A stretch of 64,000 nt of DNA from the sequence record NC_070950.1. The stretch is one strand, 5' to 3'. Below the pieces are notes generated by a model. That model had not been told where the DNA came from, made no database searches, and saw nothing but the letters and a program-made list of their open reading frames with translations. Made by a program: the position numbers and the translations under genes. Position 1 is the stretch's first letter; each line of letters begins with the position of its first letter. Positions 20,232 through 30,026 of this stretch are shown here, one piece after another.

Positions 20232-23200
20232 ATGTTTGCAAGTAAAGACGAATTAGAACTACATCTTGCAAGAGAAAAACTTGCTATGATAGGCGCGACA
20301 GAAAGTCAGCTCCCCGAATACCTGCTCGATGACGACACAGAAGCGCTTCCCATCAGGACCCCAGAAGAGTTGCTTCTAGCCCATTATCGAGAAGATACGT
20401 TAAGCGCGATCAAAACGGTCAGGTTCTTAAAGGACTTCGAACGTTATAACGCTAAACCGGATCTGACGACGAAGAACATCTCTTTCTTAAAGGTTGCTGA
20501 AATCTTTAGACTGATGGGGATAAAGAATTACTATTTCTGCCTCCAGCTCAACAATCCGTTGCTGATAGGGGTGGATCCTTACGACCCCAACCTGACAGAT
20601 GAACAAAAATTCATGATCCTCCAGGAGTGCCGTGAAAACTTCTGGTATTTCCTCCGTGAAGTACTTCATCTGAGCGGTGGTATTCAGTTCCAGGCAAACA
20701 GAGCAAACATCTGTTTCTTATGGTGTTATTTGTGCCACGTCAACACCATGCTAATCATTCCAAGGCAATTCGGGAAAAATTCTAAATTAGATTCTCTTGT
20801 AAAAATACCCAATGGCTGGAAGAAAATGGGGGATATGCGCAAGGGTGACGTAGTATCCACTCCTGATGGTAAAACGGCTAAAGTTACTGGAGTTTATCCC
20901 CAAGGTGTCACGCCTTTATATAAAGTTACTTTTAAAGACGGAAGAGAATCTTACGTTGGGTCTGATCATTATTGGACAGTATGGGATCCGGGTAAGGGCG
21001 ATGGCGGGGTCTGGCGAACACTGACCACACTCGAGTGCCAACAACGCATGACCGAGATGAAGAAAGCGCATAACTATCTTTCCGTTCCTTTGGTTCAGCC
21101 TGATAATGATCCAGATAAGAAACTTGCCATTCATCCTTATGTTCTAGGTGTTTTACTGGGTGACGGATGCATCTCTAATAAAAGCGTTGTTGTAGCTAAA
21201 CCAGATAAAGAGATGTTCGATAAGGTTACAGGGCTCATCCCTGAGTCACTGGAAACCTCATGGGTTGATGATAAGAGCTTTATCATCAGACGTAAGCCGA
21301 CTAACATAACCCAGAACAATCAACTTAAAGATGATTTAACCAATCTCGATTTATTCGGATTGCGGTCCTGGGAGAAATTTGTTCCTACCGATTACTTAAA
21401 TGGTTCTTATCGCCAGCGTTTAGAGTTGCTACAGGGTTTACTTGATACTGATGGTCACGCAGGTACCGGTGGTAACATTGAGTACTGTACAACATCTCCT
21501 AAACTTGCTAAAGATTTCGTTTACCTCGCTCGTAGCATCGGGGCAATATGTTCTTGTAAAGAACGCCACACGTATTACACACATAATGGCGAGAGACGCC
21601 AGGGGAGATTATCTTATCGCATTAGTGTTCGACACACACAGCCTTGGGAACTCTTCACGTTAAGTCGTAAACGAGATCGTTTAGTTGACAAAACACGAGG
21701 GTTAAAATTTAACAGCCGTCTAACCATGCGTTCCATCGAGTATGTAGGGGAAGAAGAGACTCAGTGCATTGAAGTGGACCATCCTGATCATCTTTACATC
21801 ATGGATGATTTCGTCGTCACTCACAACACGGTTTCTGCCCAGAGCATTATGTTCTGGTTAACTTACCTAACCGGGCAGTCTTATGAGTCCCACTTAATCA
21901 CCCTGAAAGACGATAACCGTAGTCAGTTCGTAGAGGCGTTAAAGGGTATTCGTAACAACATCCCGAGTTACTTAACCAACGTAGGGTGGCGAGATAAGGA
22001 TAGCGGTAACTCGTTAACCTATAGTGCGTTTGGGGATGATAAGAAGAACATCTTCCGTATTAGCGTCCCGCAAATCGGTAGAGAAGCCGCTCGTAACGTT
22101 GGTCGTGGTTTGACTATCAAAACCCGTATGATCGACGAACCGGCATATATCAACTTCATGGAAGAGATACTTAACGGTGCAGGTCCTAGTACGCTAACGG
22201 CTCGTGCTAACGCCAGAAGAATAGGCGAACCCTATGGGACGGGATTCATTACCACGCCTGCGAGTAAAACGACGGCAAGCGGCGAATACATGTACAACAT
22301 GTTGATGGATGCGACCGAGTGGCGAGAAACGTTCTTCGACAGTTTTAACGAGAGTCATCTGTACCAGCGTTTGATTAAAGCGAGTCCTGTGGAGGGAATC
22401 ACCAGCCCTACAGTAGGAATGGTTTTCAACTACTTGCAGCTGGGTAGGAATAAGGACTGGGTTAAGAAAACCATAGACGAGTTAAAGTTAAGTTTAGCCG
22501 AAGCGAAGATCGACTTACTGTTAATGTGGGACGACGCAAGTAAAGGTAAACTTTTCGACGACTTAACCCGAGAAGCGTTAAACGAGGGTAAACGAGGGAT
22601 ACTCTGGAGTCAGGAAGTAGGGAGCACGGGTTTGTTTATCGACTGGTTTATTACGCCAGAAGAACACACCCGGATCATAACTGGCAACAGTCAGACCTTT
22701 TACGTCGTTGGATGCGATACCTCTGCTGCGCAAAACCGAGATGCCTGTACAGTAGTGATAAGGGATGTCATGGATGGTAAAGTCGTTGGGGTGGGTCGTT
22801 ATCCGATAGCCTACTTAATGGACGTTGGTGAGGTACTACAAACGATCCTGTTAGAGATTAAGAACAGCTTACTGATCATCGAGCGTAACTTCGCGCATCA
22901 CATGATCGACCAACTGCTCGTTAGTCTTCCTGCATTGGGGATCGATCCCTTTAAACGTATCTTTAATCAGATCATACAAGATCCGGTTAAGTACGAAAAA
23001 GAAATGATCGAGTTTAAACAACGTAATTTCGCTAACAGAGACAGTCACTTCTATCTGAGGTTCAAACACCTGTTTGGGTTCGTTACCAATGCCAAAACGC
23101 GTGACGAAGTATATAGTTTTATCCAAGAAGCGGTAGGAACCACTGGAGATAAAATTTATTATACTAAACTCATCGACGAACTGGTTAACCTCAAAGAGAA

Positions 23201-23630
23201 AGGCGGGAGGATCGACCACGAAAACAATAAACACGATGACCTGGTTATCGCTTGGTTGTTAGGATTCTGGTTCTTGAAACTGGGTAACAATAAAAGTGAA
23301 TACGGAATTCCTCCAGGCATTAGTTTGAGTAAAATCAGCTTAATGCGTGTTGGGGACGATAAGAATGAGGAAACCAACAGTGCGCACAATGAAGCGATGG
23401 TTGCACTTTATCGTCGTAAAGTTGAAGAGCTGAGTGACAGACTTATTAAAACCACCGACAATACCGTAGCTCAAAGGATAGAGTACATGATTGACAAACT
23501 CAGCAGCATGATCCCTCAGGATAAGCGTAAGAGTTTGACCATCGATGAAATCGTTAGGAAAGCCAAGGAGGAAAGAAGTCGTCGAGTATTGGAAGCACGT
23601 AAGTTACGCAGTCGTTACGCATACATGTAA
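20232..23630 (+). CDS. terL: Terminase large subunit, intein-containing
   Basis: Walker A RQFGK|TVS (split by the intein), Walker B MIDEPAY, nuclease motifs GCDTS and HDDLVIA; probable start ATG 20232. Confidence 0.9.
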   Translation: MFASKDELELHLAREKLAMIGATESQLPEYLLDDDTEALPIRTPEELLLAHYREDTLSAIKTVRFLKDFERYNAKPDLTTKNISFLKVAEIFRLMGIKNYYFCLQLNNPLLIGVDPYDPNLTDEQKFMILQECRENFWYFLREVLHLSGGIQFQANRANICFLWCYLCHVNTMLIIPRQFGKNSKLDSLVKIPNGWKKMGDMRKGDVVSTPDGKTAKVTGVYPQGVTPLYKVTFKDGRESYVGSDHYWTVWDPGKGDGGVWRTLTTLECQQRMTEMKKAHNYLSVPLVQPDNDPDKKLAIHPYVLGVLLGDGCISNKSVVVAKPDKEMFDKVTGLIPESLETSWVDDKSFIIRRKPTNITQNNQLKDDLTNLDLFGLRSWEKFVPTDYLNGSYRQRLELLQGLLDTDGHAGTGGNIEYCTTSPKLAKDFVYLARSIGAICSCKERHTYYTHNGERRQGRLSYRISVRHTQPWELFTLSRKRDRLVDKTRGLKFNSRLTMRSIEYVGEEETQCIEVDHPDHLYIMDDFVVTHNTVSAQSIMFWLTYLTGQSYESHLITLKDDNRSQFVEALKGIRNNIPSYLTNVGWRDKDSGNSLTYSAFGDDKKNIFRISVPQIGREAARNVGRGLTIKTRMIDEPAYINFMEEILNGAGPSTLTARANARRIGEPYGTGFITTPASKTTASGEYMYNMLMDATEWRETFFDSFNESHLYQRLIKASPVEGITSPTVGMVFNYLQLGRNKDWVKKTIDELKLSLAEAKIDLLLMWDDASKGKLFDDLTREALNEGKRGILWSQEVGSTGLFIDWFITPEEHTRIITGNSQTFYVVGCDTSAAQNRDACTVVIRDVMDGKVVGVGRYPIAYLMDVGEVLQTILLEIKNSLLIIERNFAHHMIDQLLVSLPALGIDPFKRIFNQIIQDPVKYEKEMIEFKQRNFANRDSHFYLRFKHLFGFVTNAKTRDEVYSFIQEAVGTTGDKIYYTKLIDELVNLKEKGGRIDHENNKHDDLVIAWLLGFWFLKLGNNKSEYGIPPGISLSKISLMRVGDDKNEETNSAHNEAMVALYRRKVEELSDRLIKTTDNTVAQRIEYMIDKLSSMIPQDKRKSLTIDEIVRKAKEERSRRVLEARKLRSRYAYM
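20778..21827 (+). mobile_element. 350-aa intein with LAGLIDADG homing endonuclease, class 3 signature
   Basis: Begins NSKLDSLVKIPNGW, ends VVTHN before Thr+1; LAGLIDADG motifs VLLGDG and LLDTDG; block B DHYW, block F TQCIEV, block G THN. Confidence 0.9.
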
Positions 23631-23642
23631 ATTTTTATAAGT

Positions 23643-23663
23643 CTATATTACCATGATGTAAAC
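23643..23663 (+). promoter_or_regulatory. Phage early-type promoter motif CTATATTAC...TGTAAAC; related copies near 9235, 10953, 34207, 42343, 42458, 49097, 54535 and 59868
   Basis: Recurrent TATATTA-like motif, often followed by TG(T)AAAC, in intergenic gaps upstream of genes; resembles the phiKZ early consensus TATATTAC. Confidence 0.6.
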
Positions 23664-23682
23664 CTCAAATAAACTTTTAGGA

Positions 23683-23907
23683 GTGAACATCATGAATAAA
23701 TACAACGTTACCTTTATCCGTCACGACGATACTCTGGTAGCCAACGTTCCTTGTGTCAACGAGGAAAAGGATGTGTTACTCGGAGGTGGGTTGGTCGATT
23801 CTCGTTTAGGTCATCTCGAAGTCGATATCAAAACGGGAACTCTCGTTCTCAGATCCAATTGCGCTAACGATTCACTTACGGCGGAATGTCGGCTGCATTA
23901 CATTTAA
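23683..23907 (+). CDS. Hypothetical protein, ~74 aa
   Basis: AGGAG RBS; flanked by a promoter motif and a terminator. Confidence 0.65.
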   Translation: MNIMNKYNVTFIRHDDTLVANVPCVNEEKDVLLGGGLVDSRLGHLEVDIKTGTLVLRSNCANDSLTAECRLHYI

Positions 23908-23910
23908 CAT

Positions 23911-23951
23911 TATACCCCTACGGCGATTACGCCGTAGGGGTATAGTTTTTA
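23911..23951. terminator. Bidirectional terminator
   Basis: 15-bp stem TATACCCCTACGGCG-ATTA-CGCCGTAGGGGTATA between convergent genes. Confidence 0.85.
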
Positions 23952-23952
23952 T

Positions 23953-24558
23953 TTAGTTTTTAATGTAATCCACCAACGCTTCAAAATCACCGTCGTAAAA
24001 ATACGGTTTAATTTTGATTAAAGAACAAGCCGCCGACAGAGCATTTTCGTAACGATGAACGAATCGCTCAAAATACTCTCGGTTGAGAAGACGGGTTTCT
24101 TGATCATCTAAAATCGATCTGGATCCCGCTCTTTGTAAAAACGTATCGTGATCGATTTTTACAAAGATAAGTTTATCGGGGTACATTTGGGTGTTGAATA
24201 TTTTTAAAGCCTTTACGTTGCGTTCTATAACACTGTAAAGACCTATTCGACCATTACCCTGATAAACCGCAGTAGAAATAAAACAGCGATCGGAGATAAC
24301 TGTCTTCCCTTGATTTAAAGCAGGAACAACAACTTTATCTCCTAACTCTATTCGCTGAGCAATAGCGAGATAAAGTTTTGCTTCTTCACAAATCCCGTTA
24401 TCGATAATGAGATTACGGATGGTTAACAAAGAGTCCGGAGACTTAGCCGGTTCTTCCACTTGAAGAACGTCGTAATTATCGGCCTTCAATCTCTCTGTTA
24501 ACTGTTTAGTTAATGTTGACTTACCCGCTAAGTCCATGCCTTCGAGAACAATGTACAT
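23953..24558 (-). CDS. tmk: Thymidylate (dTMP) kinase
   Basis: IVLEGMDLAGKST P-loop, EEP, ISDRCFISTAVYQG motifs. Confidence 0.9.
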   Translation of the reverse strand: MYIVLEGMDLAGKSTLTKQLTERLKADNYDVLQVEEPAKSPDSLLTIRNLIIDNGICEEAKLYLAIAQRIELGDKVVVPALNQGKTVISDRCFISTAVYQGNGRIGLYSVIERNVKALKIFNTQMYPDKLIFVKIDHDTFLQRAGSRSILDDQETRLLNREYFERFVHRYENALSAACSLIKIKPYFYDGDFEALVDYIKN

Positions 24559-24628
24559 AGTGAATTTCTCCTGTAGATTTTTATCACTATAACTTATTTA
24601 TAACCGTTTTAATTTAGGAGTTAGTATC

Positions 24629-24994
24629 ATGACCGAAGAAGAGTTTGATGATGAAGTCGAACAAACAGCGAATCTTCATAACCTCACAATTCCTTATGCC
24701 GAATATATCGTTATTAAAAAACTAGTTGGCCCTGAGTTAACATTTGGATTACTTCAGCATCTCGAACATCGGAACGTCCTTCACACCAAAGAAATAAAAA
24801 GTTTAAAATTATACATCTTCGATTATTACAACAATCTTAAACCGGGGATGGTTTTCGCTTATAATCAAGAAGAAGCGATCGCCATGATCAAAGAAGCGGG
24901 AATTACGGGTCAACCAGATAAGTTCTATTCTTCGGTTAAAGAGATTGAAATTCCTGTCGATCCTATTTATATTCGTTACGCCGCTGGAGAATAA
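24629..24994 (+). CDS. Hypothetical protein, 121 aa
   Basis: AGGAG RBS; first gene of an accessory operon. Confidence 0.7.
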   Translation: MTEEEFDDEVEQTANLHNLTIPYAEYIVIKKLVGPELTFGLLQHLEHRNVLHTKEIKSLKLYIFDYYNNLKPGMVFAYNQEEAIAMIKEAGITGQPDKFYSSVKEIEIPVDPIYIRYAAGE

Positions 24995-24997
24995 ATA

Positions 24998-25444
24998 ATG
25001 TCCAATTCACAATATTCCATTTATGGTTTAAATAATATCTCCGGTGGTATTCGACGCGGAGAAACGATGGTGATAGGGGTACATACATCGTCTAAAACTT
25101 CCATGCTGAATCAGGTCATTGACGACATCATTCTGAATTGTGGATCAAATAATGTCATGTCGGATGAAGAGGCTTTAACCCAGATCGATAAGCTGAAGAA
25201 ATTTATTGCTCTTAAGCCTGTTGATTTTGTTAGCGTTACCGCGCTCAATCTTTGCGTTCAACGTAGTGACAGCACCGATGTACTGATCAGTTTTAAGAAA
25301 ATGATTGAGTCAGGCAATAGTGTTCGGGTAGACGTTATTAAGTCAAGACACGAAGTGGGTTCCGATGAGGACGCCCCTGAAATTTTTCCTCCTCACCCAG
25401 GGTGTAAACCGTTGGTCTTAATGGATCCAGAATCCGGAGAATAA
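24998..25444 (+). CDS. Hypothetical protein with a degenerate DnaB/RecA-like N-terminus
   Basis: GLNNISGGIRRGETMVIG...SKTS resembles the helicase H1 region; only 148 aa. Confidence 0.6.
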   Translation: MSNSQYSIYGLNNISGGIRRGETMVIGVHTSSKTSMLNQVIDDIILNCGSNNVMSDEEALTQIDKLKKFIALKPVDFVSVTALNLCVQRSDSTDVLISFKKMIESGNSVRVDVIKSRHEVGSDEDAPEIFPPHPGCKPLVLMDPESGE

Positions 25445-25447
25445 AAA

Positions 25448-26398
25448 ATGGAAAAGAAAAAAGAACCGTCTTTATCTGAATCAGACTCGTCTAAAAATAT
25501 GCTAAGAACCCCGTTTGATCTTGTTGACGATTATCAAGAAAATCAAAAGGGTGTTATCGATACAAACCCCCCAAAACTTATTCCTCGGATTACTGGTGTC
25601 AGATGTTCCCTTTTTAGAAGAGAGGATCTTGTTAAAGCCATGCGGGTCATCTCATCGCCTTTCAGGCCAGCAGAGTCGTCAGAGAACGATGCCGCGCAAC
25701 AGCAACAAAGAATTGAAATTCTGGCTAAAAAGATAGCGGGGACATTTGATTGTTCTAGGGAGCAAGCCGAACGGATTGTAAGAGGAGCGCTAGTCCAAAA
25801 AGGTATTAATGAAGCACTTGACAATATGTTTGATAATCTTAGTGAGTTTCAGGAAATTGGTGAAATAAAAGACGGGCGCCTTACGCTGATTCCATCTAAT
25901 GAAAAGGGCGTGATTAAACTCGCCTTACCTAACGATCAACTCCCTACAGATGTGCTTGGTCAGAAACCAGATTTGGCATGGGATGGAGAACCGGCTTTTA
26001 GAAGAGAAGATTTGTTTAAAGATATTCCTGATGTTGACCTAGAAGAGGCGTATCCGGGTACCCGTAAAACAAATCCTGAACTATACCGGACTTCACCTTA
26101 TCCGACTCCCGAAGAGATGATTACTTCTCAGAACATCGGGATGGGTAAGTTGGTACACGTTACCGACAAATGGTTCTTCTATCGTCATCACCAATTCCAC
26201 AACATTCATCACAAACGTCGTAGAGCACACTTCGATGAAATCAGTCTTATGCTGATGCGTTTTAACTGGGCTCGGCACAAAGAAGAGCTGCATAAGAAGA
26301 AATATCATATCTTCGATAAGACCCCTCGGGCTAAGGCTGAACGTTTAGCACTTAAACGTTCGAGAGAAAAGATTAAATCGACTTTGATGATTAGCTGA
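25448..26398 (+). CDS. Hypothetical protein, 316 aa, basic His-rich C-terminus
   Basis: ORF within the tightly packed operon. Confidence 0.7.
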   Translation: MEKKKEPSLSESDSSKNMLRTPFDLVDDYQENQKGVIDTNPPKLIPRITGVRCSLFRREDLVKAMRVISSPFRPAESSENDAAQQQQRIEILAKKIAGTFDCSREQAERIVRGALVQKGINEALDNMFDNLSEFQEIGEIKDGRLTLIPSNEKGVIKLALPNDQLPTDVLGQKPDLAWDGEPAFRREDLFKDIPDVDLEEAYPGTRKTNPELYRTSPYPTPEEMITSQNIGMGKLVHVTDKWFFYRHHQFHNIHHKRRRAHFDEISLMLMRFNWARHKEELHKKKYHIFDKTPRAKAERLALKRSREKIKSTLMIS

Positions 26399-26406
26399 GG
26401 TTAGAC

Positions 26407-26706
26407 ATGGAGATTCCATTAGTAAGTTCAGGAATCGGGATACACGACAAGTATTACGAGATAATCAGATATGGTTTTAACGAGTGCTTAAACGGCTTGG
26501 ACGATGAAAACAACCAAGCTAGCTACAAAGATTATCACGGCAATATTTTTACGGTATGTCGACTAAAACCTAATGATGGGTCTATTCCTATTTATTCTTT
26601 CCGGGTAGGGGAGCGGACCCTGTTAACAGGGGTAACTGATCCGAGTACGGTTGACCTGACGGAATACCGTAATCTTTTTAGGTTTATTAAAATCAAAGGT
26701 TATTGA
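26407..26706 (+). CDS. Hypothetical protein, 99 aa
   Basis: GAGG RBS; packed operon. Confidence 0.65.
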   Translation: MEIPLVSSGIGIHDKYYEIIRYGFNECLNGLDDENNQASYKDYHGNIFTVCRLKPNDGSIPIYSFRVGERTLLTGVTDPSTVDLTEYRNLFRFIKIKGY

Positions 26707-26708
26707 CG

Positions 26709-27140
26709 ATGAATGAACAAACCACTTATAAATCAGGTTATCTCCCCATCCAACTCGAAGGGTGTTCTAAAGAACAACTCATCGACATCAACGACCAGTT
26801 ATTCAGCAGGCTTAAAGAACTTCGTAAAACCTATCTTCCGGGAGATTACGAAATCACCCTCATCACCGATATTCTGAAAGGCAAGGAGCCCGAAAAGAAT
26901 AGTTTCTTTTACAGTCTGACCTGTGTCAGGAATAACTGCTTAATGGAAAACCCTGTTTCAGAACTTAAAATCAAATTAAATTCTGTGGCGATTTTCCCTT
27001 ACTCTTGGGTTATCAGGGGTCATAAAGCCAGAAACGATAAAGATCCCGAAATTAAAAGATTGAAGAAACACCTCTTTCGGATTTATAAACACAATCTTCA
27101 TAAGCGGTCTAAATTCCATAAATTAAGGAAAGGTCAATGA
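26709..27140 (+). CDS. Hypothetical protein
   Basis: ATG 26709; stop overlaps the next ATG (ATGA). Confidence 0.65.
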   Translation: MNEQTTYKSGYLPIQLEGCSKEQLIDINDQLFSRLKELRKTYLPGDYEITLITDILKGKEPEKNSFFYSLTCVRNNCLMENPVSELKIKLNSVAIFPYSWVIRGHKARNDKDPEIKRLKKHLFRIYKHNLHKRSKFHKLRKGQ

Positions 27141-27457
27141 GATCTTTTAAGCAACCCTTTACGATACATCGATACCCTAGTGTCGATAAGTTAATAAAGG
27201 AACCCGGGAACAAATCTCTGTTGTTATTGAGCTTCTTCAACTTAGAGATCAAAATCAAGAACGCAGAGCTTAGGGCTGTTAACAATCCATTTCCAGGAGA
27301 TGTGTTCTTTACTGAGGAAGTCGGTGACGATAAAATTCTCTTAGTTGTCCGGTTTAACCTCGGTACCGGGGAACGTTACTACCAACTCAATAATCTGGAA
27401 TGGGTTGTTTGCACTAACTCTCTCACCGTGAGAGAACTCACTTTACTTTTAGGATAA
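27137..27457 (+). CDS. Hypothetical protein, 106 aa
   Basis: Start/stop overlap with the upstream gene. Confidence 0.65.
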   Translation: MRSFKQPFTIHRYPSVDKLIKEPGNKSLLLLSFFNLEIKIKNAELRAVNNPFPGDVFFTEEVGDDKILLVVRFNLGTGERYYQLNNLEWVVCTNSLTVRELTLLLG

Positions 27458-27462
27458 TCATT

Positions 27463-27969
27463 ATGAACAATATTAAAGTTATCGGTCAAACAGAACAACG
27501 CGTCATCGACAAAGCACGCGCCTACAATAACCTCGTCAATGAAACCGATTTCGGAGACGGTAAAATCAAAACGGTTAACGAAGCTATCGTGCAGTGTCTG
27601 CTCTGTGAAGCAGAGGAGCTCGGTTTAGATATCGATCAAGAGCCGTTTGCTTCTCTGGGGAATCGCCAATTCACATTCTACCGCGTCCCGGAAGACGCTC
27701 ATCTCATTCCATGGCACAACCATGTTTTCAACATCTGTCAAGTGGAAGACAAACTTCAGGCGCTTGGCGCCAAAATCGTCGCGATGAGATTGAACGAGTT
27801 TGACTATCAGATAGACGTTGATCCGGAACGAGGAACTCGGACCTACTACCTTAACGGTCAACGTATTTGCGATTGCACCGGTACTCCGACGTTACAAGAT
27901 TTCAAAGATCTCTTCTCCGAAGAACGTCGTCGTTATTTCCAACAATTAGAGCAGACCCTTCGGGGTTAG
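27463..27969 (+). CDS. Hypothetical protein, 168 aa
   Basis: AGGA RBS; packed operon. Confidence 0.7.
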   Translation: MNNIKVIGQTEQRVIDKARAYNNLVNETDFGDGKIKTVNEAIVQCLLCEAEELGLDIDQEPFASLGNRQFTFYRVPEDAHLIPWHNHVFNICQVEDKLQALGAKIVAMRLNEFDYQIDVDPERGTRTYYLNGQRICDCTGTPTLQDFKDLFSEERRRYFQQLEQTLRG

Positions 27970-27977
27970 GAGTGAAC

Positions 27978-28469
27978 ATGGATAAGAAAGGCCAAGGTTC
28001 TCTTTACGGCAAAATTATTTGTACTGGTTTCAATATCGATAAAGCTACAGAAGAAGGGTTTGATCTCCTCAGTCTCGTATGGGGAAGAACACCCGGTGAA
28101 CTTTCGAACTCTGAAATACCTGGGGTGTATTTAGAACCATTCTCGCTCAAAGTAGAGAGAGTGGAACTGAAGGTGGCCGAAGAAATAATTAGCGCAGGAT
28201 GTACGGTAAACTATTCTGGTATAGCGGAAGATCACAAAAGCCACGTTTATCACGTCCGAGCGGAGACCTATGGAAGGGGACATTGTCACTTCGGATTAAT
28301 TTATAATCACGAAACTGAGAAACTCCATTTCATTGAACGCGGCGATGTCGACGTCAAAGAAAGCGATGGGTTTCAACAAGCCACTGTTGAAAAACTCATA
28401 CTTTCCTACGACGTGGTAAAATTCGAAGGTAGTCCGCAAGAATATATCGAATTTATGAAAACTCGTTAA
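27978..28469 (+). CDS. Hypothetical protein (start probably MDKKGQG)
   Basis: AGGAG RBS before ATG 27978; followed by a terminator. Confidence 0.7.
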   Translation: MDKKGQGSLYGKIICTGFNIDKATEEGFDLLSLVWGRTPGELSNSEIPGVYLEPFSLKVERVELKVAEEIISAGCTVNYSGIAEDHKSHVYHVRAETYGRGHCHFGLIYNHETEKLHFIERGDVDVKESDGFQQATVEKLILSYDVVKFEGSPQEYIEFMKTR

Positions 28470-28476
28470 AACCAAC

Positions 28477-28527
28477 TATACTCTCCTCCCCGATAAGGGG
28501 AGGAGAGTATAACTTATTTTTTTTTTC
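28477..28527. terminator. Bidirectional terminator
   Basis: TATACTCTCCTCCCC-GATAA-GGGGAGGAGAGTATA plus T run. Confidence 0.85.
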
Positions 28528-30018
28528 TTACCGGTAGGCGTCTTTAGTCAGCGTTCGTAAAACAATATACAACATCAGACTCGTTCTTAATGAACTTACT
28601 GTAATTCGGGTTTTTATCCCCGTCAGTTGTCTGACAATGTCATCGCCTTCATCTCGCATCTTAAAGACACTTTGGTTCTGACTGCGGCTACTGAGATACG
28701 CACCCCGCATTCGACGTAACACCTCTCTCAGGTCGTTAGCCCGAATACCGTTTTCCGTTAAGTATTCGAACAGGTGGGTGGTAACTTCGTCGACGAACTC
28801 TCTGTACTTAGCTCCCTTCGGCGAGTTATACTGATCGGGGAATACCCGGATAATTCGCTCCAGCTTATCCCTGGGAGAGTTGTCAATGGCTTCCGCGGCG
28901 TAACCTACCAGCTCGTCCTTGTAAAAGCCTGCAGAAGAACTGAGGACGTTTTGGATGTAGTTTTTATACTGGGTAACGTTCTTCGTCACCTCTCGTACAC
29001 TTACTCCGTCTTCCAGCGTGACCATCCCGCCGTCCAATCTGACGATATTGGTTTTCGATTTCACTTCATGGAAAACTTTGTTAATGTCGTTGATCACGCC
29101 TCTGAGTCGATCCTGGATATCACCGACCATGTAAATGATTTTCTTATCATCATCCATGGTGGTAAACGTTTTATAGTGAATCCCTGTTTTGGGATCTAAA
29201 ATAAACTCGGCTCTAGCTCGAATTAACGCCATCCAGCTACCGTAACGTTTGATATCATAACGCATACTTAAACGGTTATAGGTTTCCATGGCGATCTCTT
29301 TCTTCGCCAGGTACTTATAATCGTTCGCCATAATACTCGTCAAACATTTGTAATGGTACATCGCTAAGATGTTAACCATCGCATTATGTTTAACACGATC
29401 ATGGAGATCGCTATGAAACGTCCGGTACAGCAGGTAAACGATGCTTAGGTTAAATACGTCACCGGTCACTTTCCAGGTCGCATTGATCAGTTTACAGGCG
29501 TGGAGGTTTTCTCGTAATTCTTCTTCGTCGACATCGAAGATTTCAGTGAACCAGCGGTTTCTGTCTTCTGATGTGAAAACGATTCGGTGGATGCCCAAAT
29601 AGGGATTTCCGAAGAATTCCACGTACTGTTCGTTCTTGGTGGTAAACCCAATGACATACCGAGTTAATCTATCGGCCCAACGGTTATCTATTTCTAAATC
29701 GTGTCCGAAGGCGTTAAACACGCCGAGTATCGCGTGATCGGTATTGAAATTGTAATTGGGTAGCAGAGCTTCAAAACCAGATATCCCAAATGTTTTTTGG
29801 AGGAGTTTTTCGATTCCCTTATCGGGAGTGATCTCTTCAAACATTTTGACTTCGGGTTCGGCGTCGTACATCCCATCTTCGACCAACATCGGATCTCCGC
29901 TTAAAATCCCACTGGGATCAAATACCGGTAATCCAGAAAGCTTATCGAACCATTGACGGTCGTCATTCTGAAAATAACTCTCAGAGCCATTGAGACGATC
30001 TGCGTATTGATTAAACAT
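28528..30018 (-). CDS. Probable conserved jumbo-phage protein, 496 aa, function unassigned
   Basis: Long ORF with AGGAG RBS; no diagnostic motif recognised. Confidence 0.7.
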   Translation of the reverse strand: MFNQYADRLNGSESYFQNDDRQWFDKLSGLPVFDPSGILSGDPMLVEDGMYDAEPEVKMFEEITPDKGIEKLLQKTFGISGFEALLPNYNFNTDHAILGVFNAFGHDLEIDNRWADRLTRYVIGFTTKNEQYVEFFGNPYLGIHRIVFTSEDRNRWFTEIFDVDEEELRENLHACKLINATWKVTGDVFNLSIVYLLYRTFHSDLHDRVKHNAMVNILAMYHYKCLTSIMANDYKYLAKKEIAMETYNRLSMRYDIKRYGSWMALIRARAEFILDPKTGIHYKTFTTMDDDKKIIYMVGDIQDRLRGVINDINKVFHEVKSKTNIVRLDGGMVTLEDGVSVREVTKNVTQYKNYIQNVLSSSAGFYKDELVGYAAEAIDNSPRDKLERIIRVFPDQYNSPKGAKYREFVDEVTTHLFEYLTENGIRANDLREVLRRMRGAYLSSRSQNQSVFKMRDEGDDIVRQLTGIKTRITVSSLRTSLMLYIVLRTLTKDAYR

Positions 30019-30026
30019 ATCGTCTC

